A stretch of 63,580 bases of DNA, counting the filler, from Thraustochytrium aureum (lineage: Eukaryota), in assembly GCA_012862495.1 (NCBI GenBank). It is 5 parts of 3 records of this genome, joined end to end, with 100 filler letters (N's around TTAATTAATTAA, not from the genome) between each part and the next. Parts side by side here need not be neighbours in the genome. Positions count along the whole stretch, not along the records: positions 38,047 to 58,763 come from BLSG01000242.1; 4 more parts are not named here. The stretch is one strand, 5' to 3'. The notes under the pieces are model-generated. The model made no database searches, was not told the DNA's origin, and saw nothing but the letters and a program-made list of their open reading frames with translations. Positions 41,538-51,915 of this stretch are shown here, one piece after another (position 1 is the stretch's first letter; each line of letters starts with the position of its first letter). The position numbers were made by a program, and so were the translations under genes.

Positions 41538-42854
41538 ATGAGCGGCCAGAAAATCACGAGCGCGCCTGCTGTCGTCAAGGACTGGCTTGTGGGGAATGTC
41601 GACCTTGGCGAGTCCGCAGGCGTTGACGCAGACGCACTCCGCGTGCGACTGGACGCGCTTCTGCGCGACGTGGTTGATGACAAAGGGCTGCCACTGAGCA
41701 GCGCGCTGGTGAGCCGCAGGGGGCGCACGGTTTACTATGGCGGCTGCTCTGGGACGGGGACGGTGGAGGCTGACTCGCTGTACAGAATCTACTCGATGAC
41801 AAAGCCCATCACCTCGCTTGCACTCCTGATGCTCTGGGAGGAGGGCAAGGTGCGGCTCGAGGACCCTGTCCATCTGTACTTGGGCCCAGCCTGGCGCAAG
41901 GAAAGCATGAGCGTGCTCGAGGAGCTGGGCGGCGAGGCGCGCAAGTGCAAGAGCACAATCCGGGTCCGCCACCTCCTGACGCACACGGCGGGCCTCTCCT
42001 ACGGATTCGAAGGCTTGGAGAAGGTGAACCCTGTGGACGGGCTTTACCAGGCCTCAGGGAAGGCCAACATAAAGAAGAACGAGTCGCTCGCGGAGATGGT
42101 GGACCGAATCGCCACGCTGCCACTGTGCCATCAGCCAGGCGAAAAGTGGAACTACTCGTACGCAACAGACGTCGTGGGCCGCCTTGTGGAGGTGATCAGC
42201 GGCACGTCGCTCGGCGAGTTCCTGACAGAGCGCGTTTTCAAGCCACTGAAAATGAAGGATACCGTGTTCAAAATGCGCGGACCGGAGGACGAGGCGCGAC
42301 TGGTCGGCATCTGGCTCGAGTTTCCAGGCAACGGGCTCATTGAAGTCACAGGGCGGCAGCAAAAGCATCGCGAATACACAGAGTACAAGCGCATCGAGTC
42401 TGGCGGCGGGGGGCTCCTCTCGACGATGCACGATTACGCCCGATTTTGCCAGTGCTGCCTCAACAAAGGCGAGCTCGACGGGGCGCGCATTGTGGGGCGC
42501 AAGACGTTCGAATTCATGACCACCAACCACCTGCTCGGAGACGGGGACCGGGACCTAGCCGGGATGTCGACCAAGTCGAGCGCGTACATGGCGCCGCCCG
42601 GGGTCGGGTTCGGGCTTGGCTTCGCGGTGATGATGGACTCGGCGCGGACAGGTGCCGTGGAGAGCGAAGGGACGTACTATTGGGGCGGCGCTGCAAGCAC
42701 GATCATGTTTTGCGACCCGAAGGAAGACCTTTTCGCCATGCTCTTCACGCAGGTGCTCAACCTTGACGATCTGCGCGTGCCGCTTCGCCGAACGTTTACC
42801 AACGTGGTGTACTCTGCTCTCACGGACACGCCGACTCGACGCGGCAGGCTCTAG
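41538..42854 (+). CDS. Beta-lactamase-fold serine hydrolase (class C / family VIII esterase-like)
   Basis: Motifs: YRIYSMTKPIT (SxxK), LLTHTAGLSYG, PGEKWNYSY, SGGGGLLST..DYARF and GTYYWGGAAST. ATG 41538 is preferred to 41412. Confidence 0.95.
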   Translation: MSGQKITSAPAVVKDWLVGNVDLGESAGVDADALRVRLDALLRDVVDDKGLPLSSALVSRRGRTVYYGGCSGTGTVEADSLYRIYSMTKPITSLALLMLWEEGKVRLEDPVHLYLGPAWRKESMSVLEELGGEARKCKSTIRVRHLLTHTAGLSYGFEGLEKVNPVDGLYQASGKANIKKNESLAEMVDRIATLPLCHQPGEKWNYSYATDVVGRLVEVISGTSLGEFLTERVFKPLKMKDTVFKMRGPEDEARLVGIWLEFPGNGLIEVTGRQQKHREYTEYKRIESGGGGLLSTMHDYARFCQCCLNKGELDGARIVGRKTFEFMTTNHLLGDGDRDLAGMSTKSSAYMAPPGVGFGLGFAVMMDSARTGAVESEGTYYWGGAASTIMFCDPKEDLFAMLFTQVLNLDDLRVPLRRTFTNVVYSALTDTPTRRGRL

Positions 42855-43090
42855 CCGAGCCCGCATGCTCCGGCGGGGTATTTCTCCTTGATCTATCAAT
42901 CAAGACCAAGAGCCGCACACTGGCCGCAAAGCAAAGTCAAAAAAAAGGCAAGGTCTTGTTTTAAAATTATAACGCGGCTGTGCGGGCAGCCAGGAGCGCC
43001 GTTGCTCTCAGCTCTCTGGCAACGCTCGAGCTGGGCCCGACTCGAAGAGCTCCTCGCACCGCATGCTACTCCTACTCGCTCATCTTGAGC

Positions 43091-44920
43091 CTACTTGGCA
43101 GACGGGGAGGCAACGGCGGCCGCAGGCGGCGCGCTGGCCTTGAGAGGCGGCGGCGGGTTGTCCCGCAGGTCCTGCAATCGTCGGCGCGCCTGCTGCTCTT
43201 GCTGCATTTCAAGCTCGATCTGGTCCATGTTGGTCATCACCATATCTACAAACTCGGACCGCGTGTGCCAGATCGCATGCTTGACCTTGGAAGGGTAGTC
43301 GCTGCGCGCGGGGATAAAGTACACGTCCGCCACGTCAGCAAATCCAACCCTGTTGCTTGCACCGCCAGCGGCCCTGGGCGTCCCGCCCAAACCAGCGCCG
43401 CGAGACCCACCCGCAACCTGCGACCCGTCCCGCCTAGCGCTTTCCAGCTCCGACTCGTCGCTGTTGTCTGCCGAGTCGGCAGCCATCCAAGACGCTAGCT
43501 TTTTGAAAAACCCTTGGCCCTTCGAAGAACTGGTCGGGTCTCGCAGCTTGACGCGCATCGATGGCGGCCGTCGCCGCGTGCGCGCCGAGGCGATTGCCGC
43601 ACGTCGAGCGTTAATCCCCATGTCTAGACGCCGCGCCGCGTTCACGCTCGAGGTGGGAGACACCGGAGCGCTGTCGCCGGCGATGCCGAGCCGGTCAAAG
43701 TACCCGCGCCTGATGCGGTTGTCCGAGCGCGGGCCGACTGATTTGGCCGCTGTGCTCGCCTCGCGCGCGTTGGCGGCCTGCGCGGCGGCCGCCAGATCCC
43801 TGCGCTGCTTTTCCAAAAGCTGGCGTTGGTGCTCGCGGGCGACCATCGCAAGGTAGTCCGGCAGCTCCACTAGCCTCACGCGCTTCTTGCGCGCGACAGC
43901 GACCGCGGCCTCCTTCGCTGCTGCTTCGACGGGTCTTGCGTCTGCAGCAATGCCTTTGGCCTCGACCAGCGGCTGGGCCACAGAGCCCACAGCGGGCACC
44001 GCCGGTGCGGGCGGCGATACGATCAAAGCCTCTGGAGCCGGCGCTTCGGCCAGGCTCGCAGCAGCTGGTGCATCGAGGGCAGGCTCGCGCAGCTCGGGTC
44101 CAGTCGCGCCCGCAGTACTGCCTGCGAGGTCCGGTGGCGCCTCTTGATCAGGCGGAACAGCGCCAGCCCCGAGACTAGATAGTTTCGCTTCGCTCCGTAT
44201 TCTGAGGTTTCCTAACGCAGCGCCGATTGCTTCACTCAGCAAGACGTCGTTGTCGCTTCCTTCGCTCTCGTCGTCGTCCAGCTCCACCTCGCGGATCACG
44301 GTGTGCTCGTTGATCATGCCTTCGATGGCGAGGAGCTCCTCGTCGATGTCGCGAAACCCTGGGTCGAGGCCGTACACCATATCTTCGTCGTCAACATCGT
44401 CCTCCTCCTCCTCCTCTTCCTCGTCGTCGTCGCCGCCGGACTCGGACTCTTGCGAGGCCTGCCGATTGTCGTTCATATGATCAGTATCCTCCGCGACGCG
44501 GCCCGGAGCTGCGCCGGCAGGCGGCGCCTCCGCGGGTGGGACTCCGGTGGCCAAGTCCTCGGCGGCGACGGCGGCAGCGGCGGCGGGCGGGAGCCGCGCA
44601 TCATTGCGCTTCTTGCCCTTCTTCTTCCTGGAAGCTTTTGCCTGTTCCACGTCGGCGCGCTCGCGCCGCACCTCCTCAATAATCTGTTTCCGCGTCTTGT
44701 CGTCGCCCCAAATAAACCGCGGATGCGACTCGCTTATCCAGCTTGGCCGTCGCCTATGCCGGAACTGTTCCTTTCGCGCCTCGGCTTCGTCCGGGTCCAG
44801 GTCGGCCTCCCCTGCCCCAGCCCCATCCGCCTCGGCCCCCGCCGCAAGCGCCGCATGCGCCGCCGCCTGCCTGGCCGCCTCGGCGTGCCCAGGGGCAGCC
44901 TCGTCGTCCTGCGCGGGCAT
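43091..44920 (-). CDS. Low-complexity hypothetical protein with an acidic region and a C-terminal RVxF-type module; start may lie upstream in the gap
   Basis: About 600 codons are open, with a D/E tract. The C-terminus reads NRVGFADVADVYFIPARSDYPSKVKHAIWHTRSEF. Confidence 0.65.
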   Translation of the reverse strand: MPAQDDEAAPGHAEAARQAAAHAALAAGAEADGAGAGEADLDPDEAEARKEQFRHRRRPSWISESHPRFIWGDDKTRKQIIEEVRRERADVEQAKASRKKKGKKRNDARLPPAAAAAVAAEDLATGVPPAEAPPAGAAPGRVAEDTDHMNDNRQASQESESGGDDDEEEEEEEDDVDDEDMVYGLDPGFRDIDEELLAIEGMINEHTVIREVELDDDESEGSDNDVLLSEAIGAALGNLRIRSEAKLSSLGAGAVPPDQEAPPDLAGSTAGATGPELREPALDAPAAASLAEAPAPEALIVSPPAPAVPAVGSVAQPLVEAKGIAADARPVEAAAKEAAVAVARKKRVRLVELPDYLAMVAREHQRQLLEKQRRDLAAAAQAANAREASTAAKSVGPRSDNRIRRGYFDRLGIAGDSAPVSPTSSVNAARRLDMGINARRAAIASARTRRRPPSMRVKLRDPTSSSKGQGFFKKLASWMAADSADNSDESELESARRDGSQVAGGSRGAGLGGTPRAAGGASNRVGFADVADVYFIPARSDYPSKVKHAIWHTRSEFVDMVMTNMDQIELEMQQEQQARRRLQDLRDNPPPPLKASAPPAAAVASPSAK

Positions 44921-45444
44921 GCGCGCACCCGGGACCGTCCTCGTGCGCCGCCGCGCCCACGCAAGCGAACNNNNNNNNNNNNNNNNNNNNNNNNNNNNNN
45001 NNNNNNNNNNNNNNNNNNNNNNNNNNNNNNNNNNNNNNNNNNNNNNNNNNNNNNNNNNNNNNNNNNNNNNNNNNNNNNNNNNNNNNNNNNNNNNNNNNNN
45101 NNNNNNNNNNNNNNNNNNNNNNNNNNNNNNNNNNNNNNNNNNNNNNNNNNNNNNNNNNNNNNNNNNNNNNNNNNNNNNNNNNNNNNNNNNNNNNNNNNNN
45201 NNNNNNNNNNNNNNNNNNNNNNNNNNNNNNNNNNNNNNNNNNNNNNNNNNNNNNNNNNNNNNNNNNNNNNNNNNNNNNNNNNNNNNNNNNNNNNNNNNNN
45301 NNNNNNNNNNNNNNNNNNNNNNNNNNNNNNNNNNNNNNNNNNNNNNNNNNNNNNNNNNNNNNNNNNNNNNNNNNNNNNNNNNNNNNNNNNNNNNNNNNNN
45401 NNNNNNNNNNNNNNNNNNNNNNNNNNNGGCCTGTTGATTGACGG

Positions 45445-46071
45445 ATGCTTGCGAGGGCTGCCGTCGCGAGATGGGGCCGGCCCGGGCTGGGCATCGTGCC
45501 GGTTGCGGGGGCGCGGGGCTGGCCAAGGACGAGGTGGCTCGCCTCGAGGACAGGCGCGACAGGCGCCGAGGGGCCGCTGACGCACATTGACGCAGAGAGA
45601 AACATGCCGCGCATGGTTGACGTTGGCGACAAGACGGCGACAAGGCGGACTGCGCACGCGAGGAGCGTGGTGCGCCTGCCCAAGGTGGTAGTGGACCTGT
45701 TTGAGTCGCCGACGGAGCTCAAATCACCCAAGGGGCCGGTGATCACGACGGCGGTCATTGCTGGCGTGATGGCGGTAAAGCGCACGAGCGATTTGATTCC
45801 GTTCTGCCACCCCCTGCCGCTGGAGAAAATTGCGGTGGACATCCAACTCAAGGAGGGCACACACGACCTAGTCATTGATTGCACCGTTGCCTGCACGCAC
45901 AAGACAGGCGTTGAGATGGAGGCGCTGACTGGCGCGAGCGCGGCCGCGCTCTGCGTCTATGACATGTGCAAGGCGCTCTCGCACGACATTGTCATCGCAG
46001 ACACGCGCCTCGTGTCCAAGACCGGAGGGAAGCGCGACGTAGGTCCCTCCTCCTCTCCGACGCCTTCATAG
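45445..46071 (+). CDS. moaC: Cyclic pyranopterin monophosphate synthase MoaC (CNX3/MOCS1B) with probable mitochondrial presequence
   Basis: Motifs: LTHID, MVDVGDK, AVKRTSDLIPFCHPL, KTGVEMEALTG, YDMCKA and LVSKTGGK. The N-terminus is Arg-rich and acid-free. Confidence 0.97.
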   Translation: MLARAAVARWGRPGLGIVPVAGARGWPRTRWLASRTGATGAEGPLTHIDAERNMPRMVDVGDKTATRRTAHARSVVRLPKVVVDLFESPTELKSPKGPVITTAVIAGVMAVKRTSDLIPFCHPLPLEKIAVDIQLKEGTHDLVIDCTVACTHKTGVEMEALTGASAAALCVYDMCKALSHDIVIADTRLVSKTGGKRDVGPSSSPTPS

Positions 46072-46684
46072 CGAAACCGCGGCCGAGGTCGCCCGGAAGC
46101 GCTGGCCCGCTCGAGCGCGCGGGCCTGGCCAGGGCGCCGACGGCGCTCCGCCGGACTGGACTCGCCAGCCGGCTCTAGCTCTAGAGTAGACACAAGGAGC
46201 AAACAGGCTCTGCTCGGACGCAGCCTGCGTCCGATCACTGTGAGGAATTCTATCCGTTGGGCTGTCGTTGTGTTGTTGTGTTGTGCTCGCGCATAACTCT
46301 ATGACCCGTGCAGGCTGCGGCGCCACTGCCAATGGCTGCCATTTCAAACCAAACGGAAGTTTTTCCAGCAGAAAGCCTCTCCGTGCTCGTGCAAGCGCGC
46401 GACGTGTAGCAGCGCTCGCTCACCAGCTCGCGGGCGGCACGGCGGGCGCCAGACTAGCAGGAGGGCGGGGCGACAAGCGCTGCTGTGCTGCAGCGGAGCT
46501 GCAAGCGAGTGGACGCGACAGAGGCAATTGCTTGGCACAGCTCTTGTCTTCGGGTTGCGCCAGAAGAAACCCGCAGGCGCGCTGCCCGGCGCGCAACGTC
46601 GCGAGCGCCCCTTGTCGGCGCCGTCGACCCAGCTTCGGTGCGCCCAAGCGACGACCTAGTCGTCGAATTCGACTAGCGGTTGGG

Positions 46685-49462
46685 ATGGAGCGCCCCAAGT
46701 CTGCCGCCGCAGCGCTCTATGGCAGGACCGTGGAAGAGCTCGCGCACGGTCGGGCCGCGCTCGCCGACGGAATGCCGTCCGGGGTCATCCCCGGCTCGCA
46801 AAGACCGGTCCGCAAAACGGAGCCAGTGCTAAGCCCTATCGAGCTCGCGGAGCGCGAAAAAGTGCGGCGATCTGCGACCTCGCCCAAGTTAGCGGGCGCC
46901 GTGGCGAGCCCCACACGCAAGAGCGCGCACGGCGCTCCAAGGAACAACGCCGGCAAGCGGCTCAAGCGGCTCAAGCCTAGCGAGGCACTAAAGAGCGGGT
47001 CGCCAAAGGGCGAGGCCGAGCGCCCAAGCACATCCGCGTGGTCCCGGCCCAAGCGCGAGGTCGTGCGCCCAGGCCTTACCAAAGCGACCAAAGAGTTGCT
47101 CTGCTTTGACCCAGAGCCCGTCGAGGCGCTGTCTCAAATAGCCCTCCGAGAGAAACCACTCGCTCTCCCTGTGCCGACCTCGCCCACAAAGCGAACTGGA
47201 CAGCACAAGCCGCACAGCGGCGATCCCTCGGTGGGGGCGCAAGTTATTGTCGACAGCGATGGCCAGACGCCCGAGCAAGCGAGCGAGATCGAGGCCAAGG
47301 AAGAGCCTGCGCGCCCGCGCTTCTCCGCGATGAGCGTCAACAACAGCCGACGATCGTTCAAGAACAAGCTCAGGGATGATATGGCCTCGTCGCTGGTGCG
47401 CATGTCGAAAATCCACTCGGGCCTTATCTTTACGGCCGAGCAGAAGGAAAAAGAGCTCGCCAAGCTCTGCAGCGAGATGGACGACCTGCTCACTCTAGCA
47501 GGCACGGCAAACACCTCCCCTGTCGTCGGCGTAGACGCCGACGTGGTGATGCGTCGGGCCAAGCTCGGGGAGCAGGTAGATGAGATCAGAGCAAAGATCA
47601 AGGATGCGCAGACCGAGACGAAAGACCTCACGAAAACGCTCCGCGATGACAGAGACGAGCGCCTTCTCTATCGCGCCATGCTGAACGAGCGCGAGGAGGA
47701 ACTCGAGCACCTGGCTTCCGAGCGAGCAGATTTAGTCAAGCTCCTTGCTCAGCTCACCGACCTGGCCAAGCGAACGCGGCACAAGTACGCTGCTGATCAC
47801 CACGCCTACACGTACGAAAAGGAGAGTCGCGAGCACAAGCTTTTGGAGCGCCGCATTGACCTCAAGCTTCGGCAAGAGAAGGCGGCGATGGAGGCCAAGC
47901 TCGAGGCGGGGCTCAAGCGCTGGGAGGAGGACCTCGAGCAGGGGCCGCAGATCACGCACTCCCCGTCCTTCCATGTGCACTCCAAGCAGCTCGCGTCGCA
48001 GGTGGAGGCCTACTTGTCGTATGACGTTCTCAGCGACTCGCGATTCGAGGCCGCCGAGGAGGAGCCGCGACCGCGCTCGCCAGGGCAGATCTCGACAGGG
48101 GCAAAGGCGCCCGATGCAGCGACAGCGCGGAAGGGATTGCCCCAAGGGGGCAAAGCGAGTCATGGCGCGCCACTTTCTTACTATTCTGCAGGGCACGCGG
48201 GCGCGCCAGGGGTTCAAGTCCTGCCTGCTCAACTCAAAGCTGTCCTCACGATCATGCACTATGCGATCTGCAAGGGCAGCGGCCCTGACGACCTGGACGC
48301 TGCGCTCACGACCGCCCCGGAGTTTATAGCAATGCTGCGGCAGAGCCAGTCGTACACGGCGGAGCTTGAACGCAAACGCGCTGCGCATTCCTGCGTCCTC
48401 AAGTCACTGCAGGACAGTTTGGAGGACAGGCGCGAAACGTTTTGGAAGCAGCGCGCCGCAGCCGCGGATGCGACGGTCAGTGACGTCCGTCACCGTCTGC
48501 TCAGTCTCGTCGCAACGATTGTGCCTGGCGCGCCTTCAGCGTTTGTCGACGATGATGTGCTCAACCTCCTGGCCTTCACCAGTCGTGCAGTGGGACTGGC
48601 CAGTGAGATGCTTCCGCAACTGACTGCCCGCCGAAACGTTGCGGCCGAGACTGTTGCTGAGGTCCTTGATTGTGCGATTGCAAGATGCGTCGAGCGGTGG
48701 TCTTCATCAGAGCAGCTAGGAGAAACGATTGCGATTCGCCTCCCGGGTATGGGGCCCGTTCATGACGAGGCCACGGAAGGGGAAGAGTCCGGTAGCGGCG
48801 AAGTCATCAATGTGAGTGCTACAAGCGACGAGCCTGGGACCGACGAGTCCACGAGTGGAATCACGCAGCTCGAAACCTTGGGGAGCGAGGCTTTGGCTCT
48901 GCAGGCGGGCTCTTCTGTGAAAGGCTCGTCGACTGAGAGCGAGGCGTGCCTTGTTGATTCTGCGAAAGAGCCATCTCCTCAAATCGCCGAGGATGCTGCG
49001 AGAGAGCCATCGCAAGTCGCTGAGGGTTCTCCCACGTCTCTAGGCCCTGCCGAATCCAAGGACGAAACCGCCGAGACTGACGCGGGCGCGACAGACAAAG
49101 AGCCGCCGCAGCCAACAGAGTCGGCTCCTTCGTTTGGTGCCGCTATCGAGGACGAGGAGCCCGATCCGGCAAAAGTAGCAACCTCGGAGATTGACCCGGG
49201 CGCTACAGACAAAGAGCCGTCGCAGCGAACAGAGTCGGCTCCTTCGTTTGGTGTCGCCAACGAGGACGAGGAGCCCAATCCGACAAAAGAAGCAGCCGCG
49301 GAGGAGGCGAAAGCTGTCGGTCATCCAGCTCCCGAATCTGTTTTGCGGGAAACGCTGGATAGCTTCGTGAGGCCTTTGGCGGAACAGATCGTTCGAAACG
49401 CGGTTGAAGACGCCGTTTGTGCCGTAACGCAGTGGCTCCAAACACAACGAGGAGCCGCTTAA
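46685..49462 (+). CDS. Large coiled-coil hypothetical protein with an acidic repeat tail
   Basis: About 925 aa from ATG 46685, with a coiled-coil centre. A 114-bp (38-aa) direct duplication GATDKEP...TESAPSFG...EDEEP lies at 49084/49198. Confidence 0.7.
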   Translation: MERPKSAAAALYGRTVEELAHGRAALADGMPSGVIPGSQRPVRKTEPVLSPIELAEREKVRRSATSPKLAGAVASPTRKSAHGAPRNNAGKRLKRLKPSEALKSGSPKGEAERPSTSAWSRPKREVVRPGLTKATKELLCFDPEPVEALSQIALREKPLALPVPTSPTKRTGQHKPHSGDPSVGAQVIVDSDGQTPEQASEIEAKEEPARPRFSAMSVNNSRRSFKNKLRDDMASSLVRMSKIHSGLIFTAEQKEKELAKLCSEMDDLLTLAGTANTSPVVGVDADVVMRRAKLGEQVDEIRAKIKDAQTETKDLTKTLRDDRDERLLYRAMLNEREEELEHLASERADLVKLLAQLTDLAKRTRHKYAADHHAYTYEKESREHKLLERRIDLKLRQEKAAMEAKLEAGLKRWEEDLEQGPQITHSPSFHVHSKQLASQVEAYLSYDVLSDSRFEAAEEEPRPRSPGQISTGAKAPDAATARKGLPQGGKASHGAPLSYYSAGHAGAPGVQVLPAQLKAVLTIMHYAICKGSGPDDLDAALTTAPEFIAMLRQSQSYTAELERKRAAHSCVLKSLQDSLEDRRETFWKQRAAAADATVSDVRHRLLSLVATIVPGAPSAFVDDDVLNLLAFTSRAVGLASEMLPQLTARRNVAAETVAEVLDCAIARCVERWSSSEQLGETIAIRLPGMGPVHDEATEGEESGSGEVINVSATSDEPGTDESTSGITQLETLGSEALALQAGSSVKGSSTESEACLVDSAKEPSPQIAEDAAREPSQVAEGSPTSLGPAESKDETAETDAGATDKEPPQPTESAPSFGAAIEDEEPDPAKVATSEIDPGATDKEPSQRTESAPSFGVANEDEEPNPTKEAAAEEAKAVGHPAPESVLRETLDSFVRPLAEQIVRNAVEDAVCAVTQWLQTQRGAA

Positions 49463-49519
49463 GGATCCATATGCAGCTGCAGCGATGCCAAAACGCAATC
49501 CATTTTTTTTACAGTGTAG

Positions 49520-50278
49520 TCACTTGCCATATACGCTGTCAAGCATGGTTTCGAACATTTTGAAGCTGCTGTGCGATAGCGCGAGGGCCTGGGGAGTGTC
49601 TGCCGAAGGCGGCTGCTTCGACTTGGACCGCTTCTTGGTCTTCATCTTGCGTTTGACAACTTTCTTGGACTTCTTCTTCGGCGTCGTTTTGAGAGCGTCA
49701 TCTCCACTGGCTTCTGTAGATTGCGGCCCTTGGTCCATAGGGTCGAGCGCCGGCCGCGGTCGGCTTGGCCCGCTCGCCTTGGGCTTGGGAGCCTTTCGTG
49801 CCGGAGACGTCATGGGGCGCAGAGCGGCAGCCGCGTGTAATAGGTCAGCCGCAGGGTCTTGGTTGGCCATTTCGTCCTCTGCAAGCTCTTGCTCAAAGTC
49901 AGGAGGTGCGTGAAGAGGAGCGGAGACCTTGGTTTGGATGAGGGCTTTGAGCCGAATGGTGGACTTGCCGTCTGGCCCGAGCAGGTCGGCGTCACTTGGG
50001 TCATCGAACAGCGTGCGGATACCAGTATGTACAAGCTCTGGCACCGCGACAGGCTGAATAAGAAGCCGCCGCCAGAACTCGCCGCTGGCTTCTGGGACGT
50101 GCGGCGCCAGAGAAATGCTGTCCAAATACGGCACATGGTTTCGCGACCTTCTCGCCTTCTTCCCGTCCTCCTCCTTTCCAGCACCGGCCACGACCTGCCC
50201 GCGCCGCGCAGCGACGACCGCATGATGCGCATCCGCTGCGTCTTCCTCGACCCTTCCGTCAGCCACCGCAGCACTCAT
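49520..50278 (-). CDS. Hypothetical protein with a Lys-rich (NLS-like) C-terminal region
   Basis: About 250-aa ORF from ATG 50278, including KKKSKKVVKRKMKTKKRSKSK. It converges on the previous gene. Confidence 0.55.
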   Translation of the reverse strand: MSAAVADGRVEEDAADAHHAVVAARRGQVVAGAGKEEDGKKARRSRNHVPYLDSISLAPHVPEASGEFWRRLLIQPVAVPELVHTGIRTLFDDPSDADLLGPDGKSTIRLKALIQTKVSAPLHAPPDFEQELAEDEMANQDPAADLLHAAAALRPMTSPARKAPKPKASGPSRPRPALDPMDQGPQSTEASGDDALKTTPKKKSKKVVKRKMKTKKRSKSKQPPSADTPQALALSHSSFKMFETMLDSVYGK

Positions 50279-51508
50279 TCTGCGAGGCAAACGGCGCCTC
50301 GAACCTGGTGCGCGTTAGCCCCACCTCGACCGGCAGCAGCACCAGCCGGCACAATTAAGCAGCAGCCGCGGCGACCCAGGCTACTCCGCGAATTGCGCAG
50401 CCAGCGAGTCTGCCTGGCACTTCCCANNNNNNNNNNNNNNNNNNNNNNNNNNNNNNNNNNNNNNNNNNNNNNNNNNNNNNNNNNNNNNNNNNNNNNNNNN
50501 NNNNNNNNNNNNNNNNNNNNNNNNCGTTCCGAGCCAGCCAGCCAGCCAGGCCGCTTGCGCGTCCACGAGCGGCACTCGGACATGCTCGCGCCAAAACCTC
50601 GAGCGCCTGGACCATCGAGGTGTCCGTTGAGCGCACGAAAGAAAGCGTTCCGCAGAGCGGGTGCTGCTGGGGTGGTGCGGTCCCGCTCCCAACCAACTTG
50701 TCGCGAGCGCGGCGATTGTGTCGCCGATGTCGCGCCCGCCCGCCCGCAGCGCTGGCCGAGCACTGACCGGCCTGGACGGGAGTTCCCGCCCCGCATCGCC
50801 CTGCGCTGGTCAAGTTGCTCTGCTATGTGAGAGTCGTGCGCGGTGGCCGAGGCGGTCCGAGCGACGCACTTGATCGCTCGCTCGCTGGCGGCGGACTCGC
50901 GTCCTGGAGACGATCGCCGCTCGCTTGCCCGAGCCCGGCGATGCGCTGCATGGAAGTTGTAGGCGTGGGAGTTGCAGGTACTCTACTTGCCGGTAGCAGC
51001 TGGCAAGCAGTCGCGCTCGGTCGCTGATCAAGCCGGTTGCGGGGTGCTGCTTTTGGCTGTAGGCAGGGTGTCATGAGTCGCGCTCGCTGCGGATCAAGCC
51101 GGTCGCCCACGTCCTCGCGCAGAGCACTCGAGAACAGCAAGTCGGTCATCAGCGGCCGAGCGCCCAGCGCTGCTACCTCCTGGTCGAGTGTCCCGGCGCG
51201 CCTGCCGTGCCAACGACGGACGAGCTGCCGGCTCGGAGGGAGGCAGAAAGGCGCGCTTGCCATCTCGAAGCGGGCCGCGGAACTTCGAGCGACTGTTTCC
51301 CGCCTTATTCTCTTACTTGCGGATTCCGTCCTTCGCGGCCTTGGAGATGTGGGCTGACTCTCAGTCCTCTCGATAGACACAGAAGGTCTGTCCTAAAATG
51401 CCCCGGGCAAGGTCTGAGGGCGTTTCGTGCGCCTTCGTCAGTACCTATGAAAGAAACCGAGTTGTGTACATGTGCATGCCTGCCTGCAAAGCAGGAACAG
51501 CAGCAAGG

Positions 51509-51548
51509 CATTCATTCCTTCATTCATTCCTTCATTCATTCATTCATC
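51509..51548. repeat. (CATT/TTCC)n simple repeat
   Basis: cattcattccttcattcattccttcattcattcattcat is directly visible. Confidence 0.85.
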
Positions 51549-51756
51549 ATTCTGCGTCGGTGTGGCGCGCGCGAGTCACCCGCCTGCTGTCCTCCGGCAG
51601 GCAGACGCGACTGCGGAACGGGCGCGCGCGTGGCGAGCGGCACTGACCCAAGCGATCGCGAGCGCCTGGCCGTCGGCGCGCCACGGGCACTTGGGGAGTT
51701 TGGGGCGTCGCGAGATCGTCAAGAGGGGGCGGCGACGCGACGCGGACCGGGAAGCC

Positions 51757-51790
51757 CACTGACCGACCGACTGACTGACTGACTGACTGA

Positions 51791-51823
<33 letters not shown>
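51757..51823. repeat. Compound tetranucleotide microsatellite (GACC)/(GACT)n/(GGCT)n upstream of the kinase
   Basis: Directly visible. Confidence 0.92.
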
Positions 51824-51825
<2 letters not shown>

Positions 51826-51915
51826 TCCGTGGAGACGGGCTTGCGGGGGGCGCCGGTGCCGGCAGTGCCATCGCGATAGACGTTGTTGCTGCTGTGCGAC
51901 ACACTCGCCGCAACC

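Noticed and set aside
50525..51900. Several 60-190-aa ORFs upstream of the kinase
   Set aside because: They are Arg/Ala/Pro-rich, motif-free and overlap microsatellites. Such ORFs are expected by chance in GC-rich intergenic or UTR DNA.
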